Positions 22,376 to 36,087 of a stretch of 64,000 bases of DNA are shown in pieces. The notes beneath the pieces are model-generated. The model worked only from the letters and a program-made list of their open reading frames with translations, had not been told where the DNA came from and made no database searches. Location of the stretch: positions 186,001-250,000 of the forward strand of contig CM082584.2 in the NCBI GenBank assembly GCA_040954595.2, read 5' to 3'. The stretch's first letter is position 1, and each line of letters starts with the position of its first letter. The DNA comes from Balanoglossus misakiensis. Taxonomy: Eukaryota > Animalia > Hemichordata. The position numbers were made by a program, and so were the translations under genes.

Positions 22376-23014
22376 TTATTAGCATGGAGTAATCTTACTT
22401 TTTACCATAAGGGTGGAACCATGATTCATTCTCAAGAGGGGTCTGGTACCAATACTCATAATGGCCTTCGATACCGGCAGGCATGTATAGCCTATGGCTA
22501 CGCCCAGCATGAGGTGGTGATTCATACTGTTGGTTGTATGGACTAGATGGGTTCGGTGACAGCGACACAAATTTTCATGCAGATCTTGATTACACTTGTA
22601 GAGAAAAACAAAAAATCTACATATTGAAAGAAATGGTGATACTTTAAACTGTATAAATTATTATCCCAAGACAATAAATCAAAACTTACTTTGTTCACAA
22701 AGGTCACCAGTGAAAACAATTCTGACAGAAACATGTGTACAGTTCACATGATCCAGATGTCATCTTGCAGAAACCACTGTTCAAGCACGGATTGGGATCG
22801 CATTGGTTGATTCCTGGTTTTCAATACACAAGAAAGTTGGGACGATGAGCAATGGGGCAGAGACTGATCATCAAAAATTTGGGACAGGGAATTCCAACAA
22901 ATGAGATCATTAAGTCATATATGCAAAGCAAATCAGAAAAGAGAATCAGAAGATTTTCTCCGAAGGACACCTTGCAAATTCATGATTGGAAAGACACTGC
23001 AGTCACATGTATAT

Positions 23015-23860
23015 TGTAGTGTCCAAACACCGGTGAGCATCTATACTTTATACATTCTGTAAAATGACGTAAACATTCGGGTCATTATGAATAAAGTGCG
23101 TGAACGAGGCTAGGCACTCTCACTCTTACATGCCGGACTTGGTGTCTCGTGTTGTCATTATTGCCCACCCACGATTCTATATTTTGCGACGAGGACAGAG
23201 AACATGGAGAATCAGCTAGCCGGATCAAGAGGTCAAATCACAAATCATACGAGGATTCACATCAGCCCGTCTCAGACATCGTGCTCTTCGGGAGGAGACG
23301 ACACTAGAGAATCTACTGAGTACAGCCTGTTCATTTGAGGTATCAGAGGTTCAGGCTAGTGGGATTGAGGAGAAAACCCAAAATAATGGTGCAGATACGG
23401 CATCTGTGAAAGCGGTCAGAAAACAGCGCCATCAACGCTCTAAACCAAATAAACAAAAGAGAGCTCATCAGCAGCCAGCGAAAGGACCGTCCACTTGTTA
23501 TTATTGTGGTGGCACCTATCCACATGACTCAGTATGTCCAGCTAAAGGCAAGTCATGCAGGAAGTGTGGCAAACCTAACCATTTAGCCAAATGCTACCAT
23601 TCAAAAGGCAAGGCAAATAGGGTAGACAAGGATAAAACTGTCAAAGCTGTGCATAAAGTGGAAGACAGCTCGGGAGATGAATACTGCTTCACTGTACAAC
23701 AATCAAATGGCAGGAGGCCTCGAGTAACAGTGCAGATAGAACAAACAGCAGTTGCCTCACTGATCGACCCTGGTTCTACAATAAACATGATGGGTGTAAA
23801 CACACACAACAACCTAAAGAACAAACCCATGTGGCAAACAGAAAGCCCGTTTTACCACTG
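23015..23860 (+). mobile_element. Decayed Gypsy 5' fragment: putative LTR (~23015-23180), tRNA-Ser-type PBS remnant, double zinc knuckle and protease start
   Basis: tgtagtg start, ttgcgacgagga PBS-like sequence, CYYCGGTYPH..CPAKGKSCRKCGKPNH, LIDPGS; partial repeat at 26001-26710. Confidence 0.78.
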
Positions 23861-26800
23861 CCAGCAGTGCATTATTGAGTATTTTAGCATCGCTGGATTT
23901 AGCTCTCGTCCAATCAGAGTTGCGGACGGTAGCATGATATAATATAGTAATATAATTGAGAATAAATCTCACGACAAGTGTACAGTTTGACAATGTACAC
24001 AGATAATCCGTTTCAACAATGTTTCCTTTGTAGTGTGAATAAAACTGCACACTTTGCAAGTTTTCAACTTCAAAACACTATGGCTATTACAGAGACAAAG
24101 CTGCTAATATACAGTGTATACCTGTCATTTTTGTTTGTGGTGAGATTTTCATTGGCACAGTCGCACAGAGCTCACACTTTCTGTTGAATTCACTGCATAC
24201 TGCTAACTTTAAGTCATATATCCACTGAAACATTAAGTTATAGAATTTTCCATCGCAGTATTCTGTTTTATATACATGTATAGCAGTCCCACACATATTG
24301 ATTAATTTGACAAAAGAAACTGACTGACAATTTTCACAGCGCTCCCAGTAAAGCATCCTTGGCAGGTGCACGTCAATGCCACACACGAGGTTAGGGTTGG
24401 CAAGTGCTGCCATTTTGACATGGGTTGTTAGCACTAATCAATTCCTACGCATGACAGAAAAATGAAGAATTAGGCTATGGGCCGGACCTGCCTATCGTTT
24501 CAAAATGCACTCTGTATATTAGGGTCTATTTTTTTACATAAAAGACAAGTCTTCTTGCTCTAATATGATAAAATAAAAAAACTTCAACTTAAATATTGCG
24601 TCCTCAGAGGTAATATCGAGCCCTAAAAATCAGGTATGCTAATGCGGTTAAAGGTCGTGCAGTTCTCCTTATAACAATCGTTCGATTGGTGGTTACGTGA
24701 CTGCATCAATCACAGAATGCGTTATGTCACTCAGCAATTACACACACAGGGCAAACTATCAGGCAGCTACATGTACACTAGTATACATGTTACAGAAGAT
24801 TAAACAGAATTTTTGGTAAGGAAAGTTTGAGCAAACTAGTCCATTCAATGTAAAAAATGGTGCTGATTCCAAAAAAGTCAGTCTTATTGACCCCTTTGAA
24901 GACAAAATTGCCATTTTTGCCACTTTTAACCCAAAAGGTCATTAAAAAACCCACTCAAAACACACTGTTTTCATCACATTCGGAGATCTGATGACATTTG
25001 AGGATTATGCGGAAACAGTGACACAGCAGAATAAAAATTACAGGTGACATTTGCAAGCAGATATGATCTGACCATATAGAAATATGCAATGTAAAAACAT
25101 TAACAAGGAACATGCCCAATAAACTGTCATGTGTCATGGCAGTCTTACAAGTGGTGCTAGAAAAAAAAATTGACCAAAAATTGTCTGTACACAAACACAT
25201 ATGCGAAGCAACTTCTTTCAGTCAGCCCTGGAACATACACACACTGACCTGCCACTGGTAATTAAAATGTGATAGCTGGTGGTCTCTGTAACAGCTGGCC
25301 TATTTAAGTTATGTAAACATGTCTTTGTTCGAGGTAACAACTCCTTGTAAATAGTAACTTTAAAAACAACTGGACAATTTGTTTAGGAGAAGATTTGCTA
25401 ACCAAAAACAAAGAAACTTACCAAAAAAACTCGCTAAATATTTAATCTTTCTGATCTCAGAATTGAATAAAAGTTGCACATATACAGGTATGTGTTATGA
25501 AATTATATCCTAAATTTCAAAGCAATCAGAGAAAAAACTAATTTCAAAGCAATCCAACAAGCAGTTTCACAGAAAATATTTGTTCAAAAGTGGCAAAAAC
25601 ACAAATATGCAAATATCACCAAAATTGTACAATATCTTACTTCAATCACTACAAGGAACATGCTGCCTAAGTTCAATGCAATAGGACAAGCGGTTTCAGT
25701 GAAAACAATTTTTGACAAAAATTGCAAAAGTTTCCCCGATAACACATTTATGCAAATATCACATTTTTTACAACATATTATTTAGGTTACCCCTACGAAC
25801 ATGCCTACCAAATTGCAAAGCAATCTGGCATGAGGTTTTAAAGAAAAACATTTTTTGACCAAAAATGGCAAATAATGCTCAAAATTATAGATATGCAAAT
25901 TTTGCAACAATTTGAACAAAACTATGGTTACTTAGACAACATTAGGAGGCTTCATACTAAATTTCAAAGACTTTTACCAATAACATGGAAAAATACAATA
26001 CGTGTTGTCATTATTGCCCACCCACGATTCTATATTTTGCGACGAGGACAGTGAACATGGAGAATCAGCTAGCCGGATCAAGAGGTCAAATCACAAATCA
26101 TACGAGGATTCACATCAGCCCGTCTCAGACATCGTGCTCTTCGGGAGGAGACGACACTAGAGAATCTACTGAGTACAGCCTGTTCATTTGAGGTATCAGA
26201 GGTTCAGGCTAGTGGGATTGAGGAGAAAACCCAAAATAATGGTGCAGATACGGCATCTGTGAAAGCGGTCAGAAAACAGCGCCATCAACGCTCTAAACCA
26301 AATAAACAAAAGAGAGCTCATCAGCAGCCAGCGAAAGGACCGTCCACTTGTTATTATTGTGGTGGCACCTATCCACATGACTCAGTATGTCCAGCTAAAG
26401 GCAAGTCATGCAGGAAGTGTGGCAAACCTAACCATTTAGCCAAATGCTACCATTCAAAAGGCAAGGCAAATAGGGTAGACAAGGATAAAACTGTCAAAGC
26501 TGTACATAAAGTGGAAGACAGCTCGGGAGATGAATACTGCTTCACTGTACAACAATCAAATGGCAGGAGGCCTCGAGTAACAGTGCAGATAGAACAAACA
26601 GCAGTTGCCTCACTGATCGACCCTGGTTCTACAATAAACATGACGGGTGTAAACACACACAACAACCTAAAGAACAAACCCATGTGGCAAACAGAAAGCC
26701 CGTTTTACCACTGCCAGCAGTGCATTATTGAGTATTTTAGCATCGCTGGATTTAGCTCTCGTCCAATCAGAGTTGCGGACGGTAGCATGATATAATATAG

Positions 26801-28850
26801 TAATATAATTGAGAATAAATCTCACGACAAGTGTACAGTTTGACAATGTACACAGATAATCCGTTTCAACAATGTTTCCTTTGTAGTGTGAATAAAACTG
26901 CACACTTTGCAAGTTTTCAACTTCAAAACACTATGGCTATTACAGAGACAAAGCTGCTAATATACAGTGTATACCTGTCATTTTTGTTTGTGGTGAGATT
27001 TTCATTGGCACAGTCGCACAGAGCTCACACTTTCTGTTGAATTCACTGCATACTGCTAACTTTAAGTCATATATCCACTGAAACATTAAGTTATAGAATT
27101 TTCCATCGCAGTATTCTGTTTTATATACATGTATAGCAGTCCCACACATATTGATTAATTTGACAAAAGAAACTGACTGACAATTTTCACAGCGCTCCCA
27201 GTAAAGCATCCTTGGCAGGTGCACGTCAATGCCACACACGAGGTTAGGGTTGGCAAGTGCTGCCATTTTGACATGGGTTGTTAGCACTAATCAATTCCTA
27301 CGCATGACAGAAAAATGAAGAATTAGGCTATGGGCCGGACCTGCCTATCGTTTCAAAATGCACTCTGTATATTAGGGTCTATTTTTTTTACATAAAAGAC
27401 AAGTCTTCTTGCTCTAATATGATAAAATAAAAAAACTTCAACTTAAATATTGCGTCCTCAGAGGTAATATCGAGCCCTAAAAATCAGGTATGCTAATGCG
27501 GTTAAAGGTCGTGCAGTTCTCCTTATAACAATCGTTCGATTGGTGGTTACGTGACTGCATCAATCACAGAATGCGTTATGTCACTCAGCAATTACACACA
27601 CAGGGCAAACTATCAGGCAGCTACATGTACACTAGTATACATGTTACAGAAGATTAAACAGAATTTTTGGTAAGGAAAGTTTGAGCAAACTAGTCCATTC
27701 AATGTAAAAAATGGTGCTGATTCCAAAAAAGTCAGTCTTATTGACCCCTTTGAAGACAAAATTGCCATTTTTGCCACTTTTAACCCAAAAGGTCATTAAA
27801 AAACCCACTCAAAACACACTGTTTTCATCACATTCGGAGATCTGATGACATTTGAGGATTATGCGGAAACAGTGACACAGCAGAATAAAAATTACATGTG
27901 ACATTTGCAAGCAGATATGATCTGACCATATAGAAATATGCAATGTAAAAACATTAACAAGGAACATGCCCAATAAACTGTCATGTGTCATGGCAGTCTT
28001 ACAAGTGGTGCTAGAAAAAAAAATTGACCAAAAATTGTCTGTACACAAACACATATGGGAAGCAACTTCTTTCAGTCAGCCCTGGAACATACACACACTG
28101 ACCTGCCACTGGTAATTAAAATGTGATAGCTGGTGGTCTCTGTAACAGCTGGCCTATTTAAGTTATGTAAACATGTCTTTGTTCGAGGTAACAACTCCTT
28201 GTAAATAGTAACTTTAAAAACAACTGGACAATTTGTTTAGGAGAAGATTTGCTAACCAAAAACAAAGAAACTTACCAAAAAAACTCGCTAAATATTTAAT
28301 CTTTCTGATCTCAGAATTGAATAAAAGTTGCACATATACAGGTATGTGTTATGAAATTATATCCTAAATTTCAAAGCAATCAGAGAAAAAACTAATTTCA
28401 AAGCAATCCAACAAGCAGTTTCACAGAAAATATTTGTTCAAAAGTGGCAAAAACACAAATATGCAAATATCACCAAAATTGTACAATATCTTACTTCAAT
28501 CACTACAAGGAACATGCTGCCTAAGTTCAATGCAATAGGACAAGCGGTTTCAGTGAAAACAATTTTTGACAAAAATTGCAAAAGTTTCCCCGATAACACA
28601 TTTATGCAAATATCACATTTTTTACAACATATTATTTAGGTTACCCCTACGAACATGCCTACCAAATTGCAAAGCAATCTGGCATGAGGTTTTAAAGAAA
28701 AACATTTTTTGACCAAAAATGGCAAATAATGCTCAAAATTATAGATATGCAAATTTTGCAACAATTTGAACAAAACTATGGTTACTTAGACAACATTAGG
28801 AGGCTTCATACTAAATTTCAAAGACTTTTACCAATAACATGGAAAAATAC
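23148..28850 (+). repeat. Near-perfect 2.85-kb tandem duplication (23148-26000 / 26001-28850)
   Basis: Identical ORF sets offset by 2853 bp; about 6 differences seen. Confidence 0.95.
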
Positions 28851-29224
28851 AAAAAAATGCAAAAAAAATAGGAAATCGATAATATTAGCTCAAAACATAC
28901 AGGATTGTATGAGGTTGATATAAGGTACATGCATACCATTTTTCAAATCAATATGACCAGTGGTTGTCCAGTTTTTGAGTTTTGACCAATTTCACATTTT
29001 CCCAGCTAATTTGCATATTTTTGGCAATGACATCTTCATTTGAACAAACTCCCATCTACAGCCCTGCCTGCATCTACACGCCAAATATCGAGATCATACG
29101 CGCTGCGGTTTTCAAGTTTTTCATGTGGACGGACATACAGACATACATCCATCCATCCATCCATACATACAGACGTAACCAATCCCATAAGTTCCCATGG
29201 TACATACCAATGGGACCTAAAAAC
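27815..29224 (+). mobile_element. Helentron-like (HINE/DINE-type) non-autonomous repeat with intact 3' end
   Basis: Ends in an (acat/ccat)n microsatellite, then hairpin cccatggtacataccaatggg and an A-run; the 5' limit is approximate. Confidence 0.6.
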
Positions 29225-29235
29225 TTGTGACTTAC

Positions 29236-29358
29236 ATGTAACACATGTTTGCCCAGTGTAGCAGGTTGGACAGTTGCAGGTGTAGATTGAGCAGGAGCCT
29301 TGAAGTGGCTGATACACTCCGTTATTCAGACATGGGTTTAGAAGACACTGGTTGATCG
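29236..29358 (-). pseudogene. EGF-variant exon, INQCLLNPCLNNGVYQPLQGSCSIYTCNCPTCYTGQTCVT (one Cys to Tyr)
   Basis: tag acceptor, GTAAGT donor, 123 bp. Confidence 0.86.
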
Positions 29359-29805
29359 CTAAGGGTGAGAGAAATGAAAAGTATCACATTAGGGTCTTAC
29401 ACACTTGAGTGGGAAGTGAAATCTGTAGCAGACTGTCAGAAGATTGCACATCCGTGTGATCATGTTCATGTGTGAAGGATAATAAAGACCACTTTATCCA
29501 AGCTTGGTGCTACCATCTCTATCATAATTACAGCATCTTATAATATTTACTAGTTGGGGGTGGGTGGGGTGGGGGTGGGGGTAGTTGATGTCATAACTTT
29601 CTGATGTTTCAATTTACGGTTGGAAAAATAGCAACATCTACGCTGATGAGCATTTGAGTCAATGAAAGTATTCATCATGGCTACCGTAGTGCATATAAGT
29701 CTCTTGGTTAGCTGCACAATCACAGGCAACTTTATTGAGACAATATCAATGACAAAGCCCAGCGATTTCTACTTTGTGCGGCAAATCTGACACTGGTTTG
29801 CTTAC

Positions 29806-29922
29806 GTTCAGCGCACGTGGTTCCGATGAAACAGCGCGGACTCTGGCATCTGAACTCGGTGCAGGACACTTGCTGGCAGAATCCACTGTTTAGACAAGGG
29901 TTGGGCTGACACGGATTCAAAT
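29806..29922 (-). pseudogene. EGF-variant exon, LNPCQPNPCLNSGFCQQVSCTEFRCQSPRCFIGTTCAE (one Cys to Ser)
   Basis: cag acceptor, GTAAGC donor, 117 bp. Confidence 0.86.
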
Positions 29923-30306
29923 CTGTGCACAGAAGAGAAAGTGATATAAATTGTGTACAGTTAATATTTACTACATATACTTTAAACAGATTTGTGCAGT
30001 CAGGGTTGAGTGGTAAAAATCTCAGTTGGTCAACAGAACATCACTGTGACAAATTTCTTCCATGTTCAACAAAAGAAACGTAATGAAATTTTGACACAGG
30101 TGTAATAGTGTCTTAGTGTACCATACGGTGCAGGTTGTTGTTTGGTCAAATACACAATCCCCTTTTATGGCACACACATTCTTAATAAATTTCCCCAAAA
30201 TTGTGTCGTTATTCACTGTTTGATACAGGTTGGAAGAAACCAACTGCAAGCCGATTATGTGTTATGTTATTATGTTCCTCTTCATCTGAAATTTAAAATC
30301 ACTCAC

Positions 30307-30429
30307 ATGTCTGACATAAATCGCCGGAGTAACAGCTTGTACAGGAGCATGTGAATTCAGTACACCAATTGGGCGTCAGCACACAGTTTCCACCATTCCG
30401 ACACTGGATGGGTTGACACTGGTTGACAG
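30307..30429 (-). pseudogene. EGF-variant exon, VNQCQPIQCRNGGNCVLTPNWCTEFTCSCTSCYSGDLCQT
   Basis: cag acceptor, GTGAGT donor, 123 bp, open frame. Confidence 0.86.
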
Positions 30430-30723
30430 CTGTGGGATGTGCAGTCAAGATATTGTCAAAATTACAGAATCTACAAACTACACTCCACAGTCATGTACAT
30501 GTATACATGACAACAACCAAAGGGCTGTTTTGAAAAACCAAATGCTGTGAATCCTTTAGAGAGTGACAAGAAACCACAGTTGCAACCGAAAACAAAAATA
30601 GTGATAACATTAAGCTAGCCCAAAGTTTGAGTTACCAGGGCTTTAATATGTGTACCGTACTTATATTATATAATACATAACAAGTGTTTTGCATTGAATA
30701 AAATAATATTGGTTTGTACTTAC

Positions 30724-30843
30724 GCATTGTACATGTGGCACCAGTGAAGCATTCGGTACACATACAGTCAAACAGGAAACAGCCGTCTCACGCAACGCAT
30801 GTGCCACCATTTTGACAAGGCATAGGGTATAACTGATCAATGG
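30724..30843 (-). pseudogene. EGF-variant exon (copy B of 496-615)
   Basis: Splice sites and Cys pattern as in copy A. Confidence 0.85.
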
Positions 30844-31237
30844 CTGCCAAAACAAAAATGAAAGTATCAATTACCTGCTTGTCAAAAACTTGTACATGTA
30901 CTTGTGATGTTCATTTCGTTTAAATATGTGAGCAATGTCTTCATTCCTTGTTTCAAACCTTTACATTTAAAATAACATAATGATGCTATTGCTAGGATTT
31001 TTCTGTAAGAATCTTGAAAAATTAAAAAAATGTGCCATCAACATGATACAGAAGGCTTTCCTTTTTAACATGCACCTCACACTCAATTTTGACCCTACAT
31101 CAGCAAATTTTGAAAGGATGAAACTTAGTAATGCTTCCACCCCATTTATTGGTGTATGGGTCCATCTATCACATTGAGAATACCAAAAATGAGGCTTTAT
31201 ATACCACGCTGTGTCATAAAACAGTAATTCGACACAC

Positions 31238-31360
31238 CTACAGCACAGATGGCCCCAGTCCAACACTACTGGCAGTAACAGGTGTAGTCAGTATAAGAAT
31301 TTGGTGTTTGGGAACAATAGCCTCCATTTTGACACGGATTCTGATCACAAGGGTTAATGA
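31238..31360 (-). pseudogene. EGF-variant exon (copy B of 1009-1131); same TAG, acceptor AG mutated to TG
   Basis: Direct comparison with copy A. Confidence 0.83.
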
Positions 31361-31934
31361 CAATCAGAAAAAAAATAGTTTAAAAAACATGAAATGCAGA
31401 TGGCTACACCTCAACCAAAGATGATTCCTGCACCACAACAAAATCCTTTGACACAAGCATTATACTGGAACCATACCCAGAACACGCATTAAGTATATGA
31501 TGAAGGGACAATGTCTCTATTTTGGGTAATACAGTAAAACCTGTCTTTATGGACACCTCTCTAATCAGAACACCTAGTAAGATTGATTTTTCAAGCCAAA
31601 TAGTAAGGATAATTAAGGACGTCTCTTTTACTTAATACTCAGAGGTGTGCACCACCTTAGGAGAGATTACCTCACATGCACAATTATCTCTACAGACACT
31701 AGTCTTCAAGAGGCAACTCTTGTATATTTGAGTGATGAAAACATCCAGCTTCGTACACTTCCTCACAAGTTCGTGCCTATCCTAAATTGCACGGACATAC
31801 AAATGAAATTTCTGTTTCCTTTTCCTTTCTTTTCTCTTGGGGAAATTTTAGAAATGAGAAGTTACCACACAATTCAATTGCCATGAAGAGAAAGTGCCCA
31901 AAAGATTGTCATGTACGGTACGTCAGAAACTTAC

Positions 31935-32057
31935 ATATTTCACAACGGTTACCCTCATAGCAACCAGTACAGGCACAGGTATATGCCGTGCAGGAGTTGG
32001 CCACTGCATTACATACAGCCCCGTTGAGACAGCTGTTTCGCTGGCCTGGATCTTGGA
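31935..32057 (-). pseudogene. EGF-variant exon (copy B of 1694-1816); first Cys to Gly
   Basis: Direct comparison with copy A. Confidence 0.85.
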
Positions 32058-32448
32058 CTGCAATAAAAAGTGCAACCTAATGTTATCTCAGCAATATTTA
32101 CTTTCAAAATCTGTTTGATGAAAACATCATCATTACCATTACTGTAAATACTGAACGGAACTTCACTTCCAAAAACAACTTGCTCATTCTGGGACGCACT
32201 TATGGGGCTATGAAAATCTCTGTATATGTATCTTGTGTAGGGAAAATTTTCATGAACGATCAACAGTTTTTTCTTCAAATAAACATGTTTTCTTTCAGCT
32301 GTACATCATTTTTGAGGTGACCGATTCCCAAGGACCAAGGTGTGATGCTGAAGATGAAAATATAAAGTATGACCAACAGACAATGTATTGAGACATGATT
32401 GTAAATGTTAGTTCCTGCATGACATATGTTTGTTTTAATGAGTTTTAC

Positions 32449-32565
32449 ACTGGCTGCAGTGTGTGCCGGTGAAACATCCTGGACAAGTACACTCATAAGT
32501 TGTACAAGACAGCTGAGTACACCGCCCATTGTTCAGGCATGGACTTGGCCTACATGGAGTTTGTT
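32449..32565 (-). pseudogene. EGF-variant exon (copy B of 2208-2324)
   Basis: Direct comparison with copy A. Confidence 0.85.
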
Positions 32566-33048
32566 CTGTTTCAATGGCATGAAAAAAAATAGTAGTGACA
32601 TACGTTTTTTAGGGTATGACCATTTCCCTAATTCCTACAGCTGTGGTTCTATCGGGTTCTCCTATAACTGAGCCTCCTAAATGTATAACTGAACAATAAG
32701 AAGTCAAGGGTGCCCTGACACCCAACTTTTAAGAGCAGTTCATTTACTGAAACTGCCAGCACCCAATATTATCCCACATGTAATCAATATGTGGAAATCA
32801 AATACACCTGTAACAGTTTTAATTTACCATGTGGGTATTTGCATGGAGGGCCATGGTATTTGTTATCTACTGATAAAATACCCTTCAAAACAATATCCTC
32901 ATTTCTTCAGAAGTTTGGCAACAAGACCAATAAAATTTGAAGTTTCACATCAAAATATACAATGCATAACTATGCTTAAAGATCTACGGAATAAAGATTG
33001 CTTGTTTGTTTGCAGGATGTCTTGAAAGTATATACTCACTTGTTTGAC

Positions 33049-34166
33049 CATGGACCCTAGAGAAAGAAGGACGCGCAACTCCAGTTTTTTCTTGAAATGA
33101 TGTTCTTTTGCATACATTATTTCCAGGTAAATCCCAATAATCCAATTTGCAAATAAACTGTGTATAAACTAACGCAAAGTCTCGCGTTTTGCGTGAAGTT
33201 ATCACAAACACCTTAGAACATCTCGCAGAAGACGAGAAAACTGCAACGTGGTTGAACGCATCAATCATTTATGGAACACATCTGCACAAGTTAAACAGGA
33301 ATTTGGCACCTCTGAGTCTGACAGCGTCCAAAACAAGCATCTTTTGTCTAACAGTCCGGGTATTTCACAAGGCTGTGAGCTAACCGTACCGAGGGTTGCC
33401 TGGCGGTCATAGCGCACACATGAAAATCCACCCAGTTTGTTTACAAATTGTTTTCGTGAAATCTGTTTTATTGTTCACGAACTGCGAAATAAAATGCCCC
33501 TAAACCACAATTTTTGTTTCAATGCTTCACGCAAACATAAAATTATTACGAAAAGTGTCAGCGTTACCAAGAAATATGAGTGCCCAGTCGGACATGCAAG
33601 AAGGACGCGCAACTCCAGTTTTTTCTTGAAATGATGTTCTTTTGCATACATTATTTCCAGGTAAATCCCAATAATCCAATTTGGAAATAAACTGTGTATA
33701 AACTAACGCAAAGTCTCGCGTTTTGCGTGAAGTTATCACAAACATCTTAGAATATCTCGCAGAAGACGACAAAACTGCAACGTGGTTGAACGCAGCAATC
33801 ATTTATGGAACACATCTGCACAAGTTAAACAGGAATTTGGCATGGATGATTTGTTTACAATTTTTAAATGAAGCTTGTGGCACTAGAAATGACCGTTCAT
33901 CCGACAGACGACCATAATAATTAGCACAGACATCGTAATACTTTTAGAATTTTAGAAAAAAACGCAGTGGCTGCTGAAATGCAGGAGTGTCAGTTTGGTG
34001 GCAAGTTTTCGCATCACTGGTGGGGTCGACACGTGCCGAAGTAAGGAAGTCATTGTCCAACTGTCCTGGGTGTTAATTATATGCAAAAGAACATCATCAT
34101 ACAGATAATCCCCAAACCCTTTGATCTTTGCCGCAGTTGCTCGTCCTTCTTTCTCTAGGGTCTATG
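33049..34166. mobile_element. P-element-like MITE inserted in an EGF exon
   Basis: ~31-bp TIRs CATRGACCCTAGAGAAAGAAGGACG.GCAACT; 7-bp TSD GTTTGAC (33042-33048, 34167-34173); internal ~245-bp duplication (33065-33308 / 33598-33842). Confidence 0.85.
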
Positions 34167-34281
34167 GTTTGACAGATGTCACCTGTGTAAGAGTTCACAC
34201 ACTGGCATGAATAGAAATTGCACGATGTTTGCTGGCAAAATCCACCATTCATACATGGGTTGGGATCACAGGGGTTTTGCA
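34167..34281 (-). pseudogene. EGF-variant exon (copy B of 3574-3688); its GTGAGT donor is displaced to 33034-33039
   Basis: ORF 34097..34282 and TSD analysis. Confidence 0.85.
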
Positions 34282-34835
34282 CTGGAAATTAAGAAAGGAC
34301 GCCATTTTATTCCTTGCTACTCATTCTACAGTACAGATATGGCAAAAACCTTGCAGAATTATGGCAAGGGTGTGTGGAGTGATTGTGCCTACAACTTATA
34401 TTAGGCTGGTATCAAGTTGTTCACACCTCCATAGATCATGTGGCAGTGACTGTGAGGCAAGGGCTTCCCTTCATGAAATCAAAGACCTGTGTACTGGAGG
34501 AGGGTTCCTTGCAAATGCTTGACTTGACTTCAAGCATACCTGTAGACTCATATGCAAATTTACACTATCTGGCCTGGAGTGAGAATTTCCATAGTGGATG
34601 TGCGTTGACAAAAGGCTGTAAAATTGGCCAGTCGCGCATAATGTTTCTTGAACTAAGACAATCAAGACATTATGCGCTACGAAAGTGATTTTGATTGGGA
34701 AGAGTGTAATCTTGCATTCGATGTCAAGAACGCTCCAAGCTCTGCTGTGGTGATGGCTACACCTATGCTCAGGAAACATGCAGTATTTGAATGCATCAGA
34801 GACAAAAGGTAAAAGAGACTGCGCTGTATACTTAC

Positions 34836-34958
34836 ATATCTCACACCTATCACCTTTGTAGCAACCAGTACATATGCAGGTGAGATCAAAGCAGGAATTT
34901 CGAGCCGGTTGACAGAAGCCACCATTCTGGCACGGATTTGGTGGACACTGGTTGAGTC
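34836..34958 (-). pseudogene. EGF-variant exon (copy B of 4238-4360)
   Basis: Open, with canonical splice sites. Confidence 0.88.
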
Positions 34959-35183
34959 CTACAAGGAAAAGGGTCAAATTTTCCATGATCATCAATGTCA
35001 TGTGATTATGAATGTATGTAAGTGGCTGAAAAAAAATCCCAGGGGTGAGTTTCCTACAAAAATTGTGATGTGACAAACCGACAAATTAGCATATTAGCAT
35101 AATCAGAATAAATAAAAAACAGGTAGTTTAAAAGAACAAACACTTTGGAAAAGGAATAGAGCTAAGCTGCTGTCCGTTTCTAA

Positions 35184-35642
35184 TTGTTACTCGTTCAAAA
35201 ATCACCTGTCACATCACTCCAATTTTGTATCAGTTGCACTGGCTACCTGTTACACAGCGTATTGTTTTTAAGATGTTAGTTCTCATTTTTAAATCCATTC
35301 ATAAACTTGGTCCAATCTATCTTTCTAGCATGACTAATCTATATGTTCCGTGTGGCAATTTGAGGTCAGCTGATCAGTTCAAACTCTGCCCTGTTCGATC
35401 ACGCACCAAGAGTTATGGTGATCGTGCTTTTACTGTTGCTGCTCCAATTCTTTGGAATAATCTTCCACTCACCATTCACCAGGCACCAGACTTATCTGTT
35501 TTTAAAACAAATGTTAAAACTTTACTTTTTAAATCTGTTTTTTAGCCAATTGTTGTATTGTACTTTTGCTTTAAGCGTCATTGATCACATTTTTTGTGGA
35601 TACTGACGCTATACAAATAAATTATTATTATTATTATTATTT
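35184..35642 (+). mobile_element. L2/CR1-clade LINE 3' end (copy B)
   Basis: ORF 35225..35545 and (att)n tail. Confidence 0.88.
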
Positions 35643-35734
35643 CTATTTTTGTGTTTGTACAACATCAGTGAAGTTTAAATCATAATAAAAAAAATGATAA
35701 TTATCATTATTAACTGCTATAGATTCAAACTTAC

Positions 35735-35857
35735 TTGTCTCACACCTGTTTCCCTAGTAACACTCTGTGCACATGCCAATGGTGGCAGTACAAGAATTTG
35801 CCTGTTGTTGGCAGGTACCTCCATTGAGACAAGGACTAGTGAAGCATGGATTAGGAA
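35735..35857 (-). pseudogene. EGF-variant exon (copy B of 5144-5266), same TAG
   Basis: Direct comparison with copy A. Confidence 0.85.
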
Positions 35858-36087
35858 CTGGAAGACAGGAATTCAAAATTTTATACAACAGTTACCTATG
35901 GTAACACCAGTACACGTTCATTATTTCTTTGTTATGTTTTTATACTGGTGATTTTACTGTTTTTATTACCGATCATATGACTGACTTAAAGATGATGATG
36001 ATGATAATAATGACTACACCTGCTATTATTACTACAATGTACCTCAGCACTTAGATTTTTTAATAAATGACAAAGTACTGTACTCAC

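Noticed and set aside
22398-22594. Possible minus-strand exon (..PNPSSPYNQQYESPPHAG..YEYWYQTPL..) with a GTAAGA donor
   Set aside because: No recognisable domain, and stops lie between the candidate acceptor and the open stretch.
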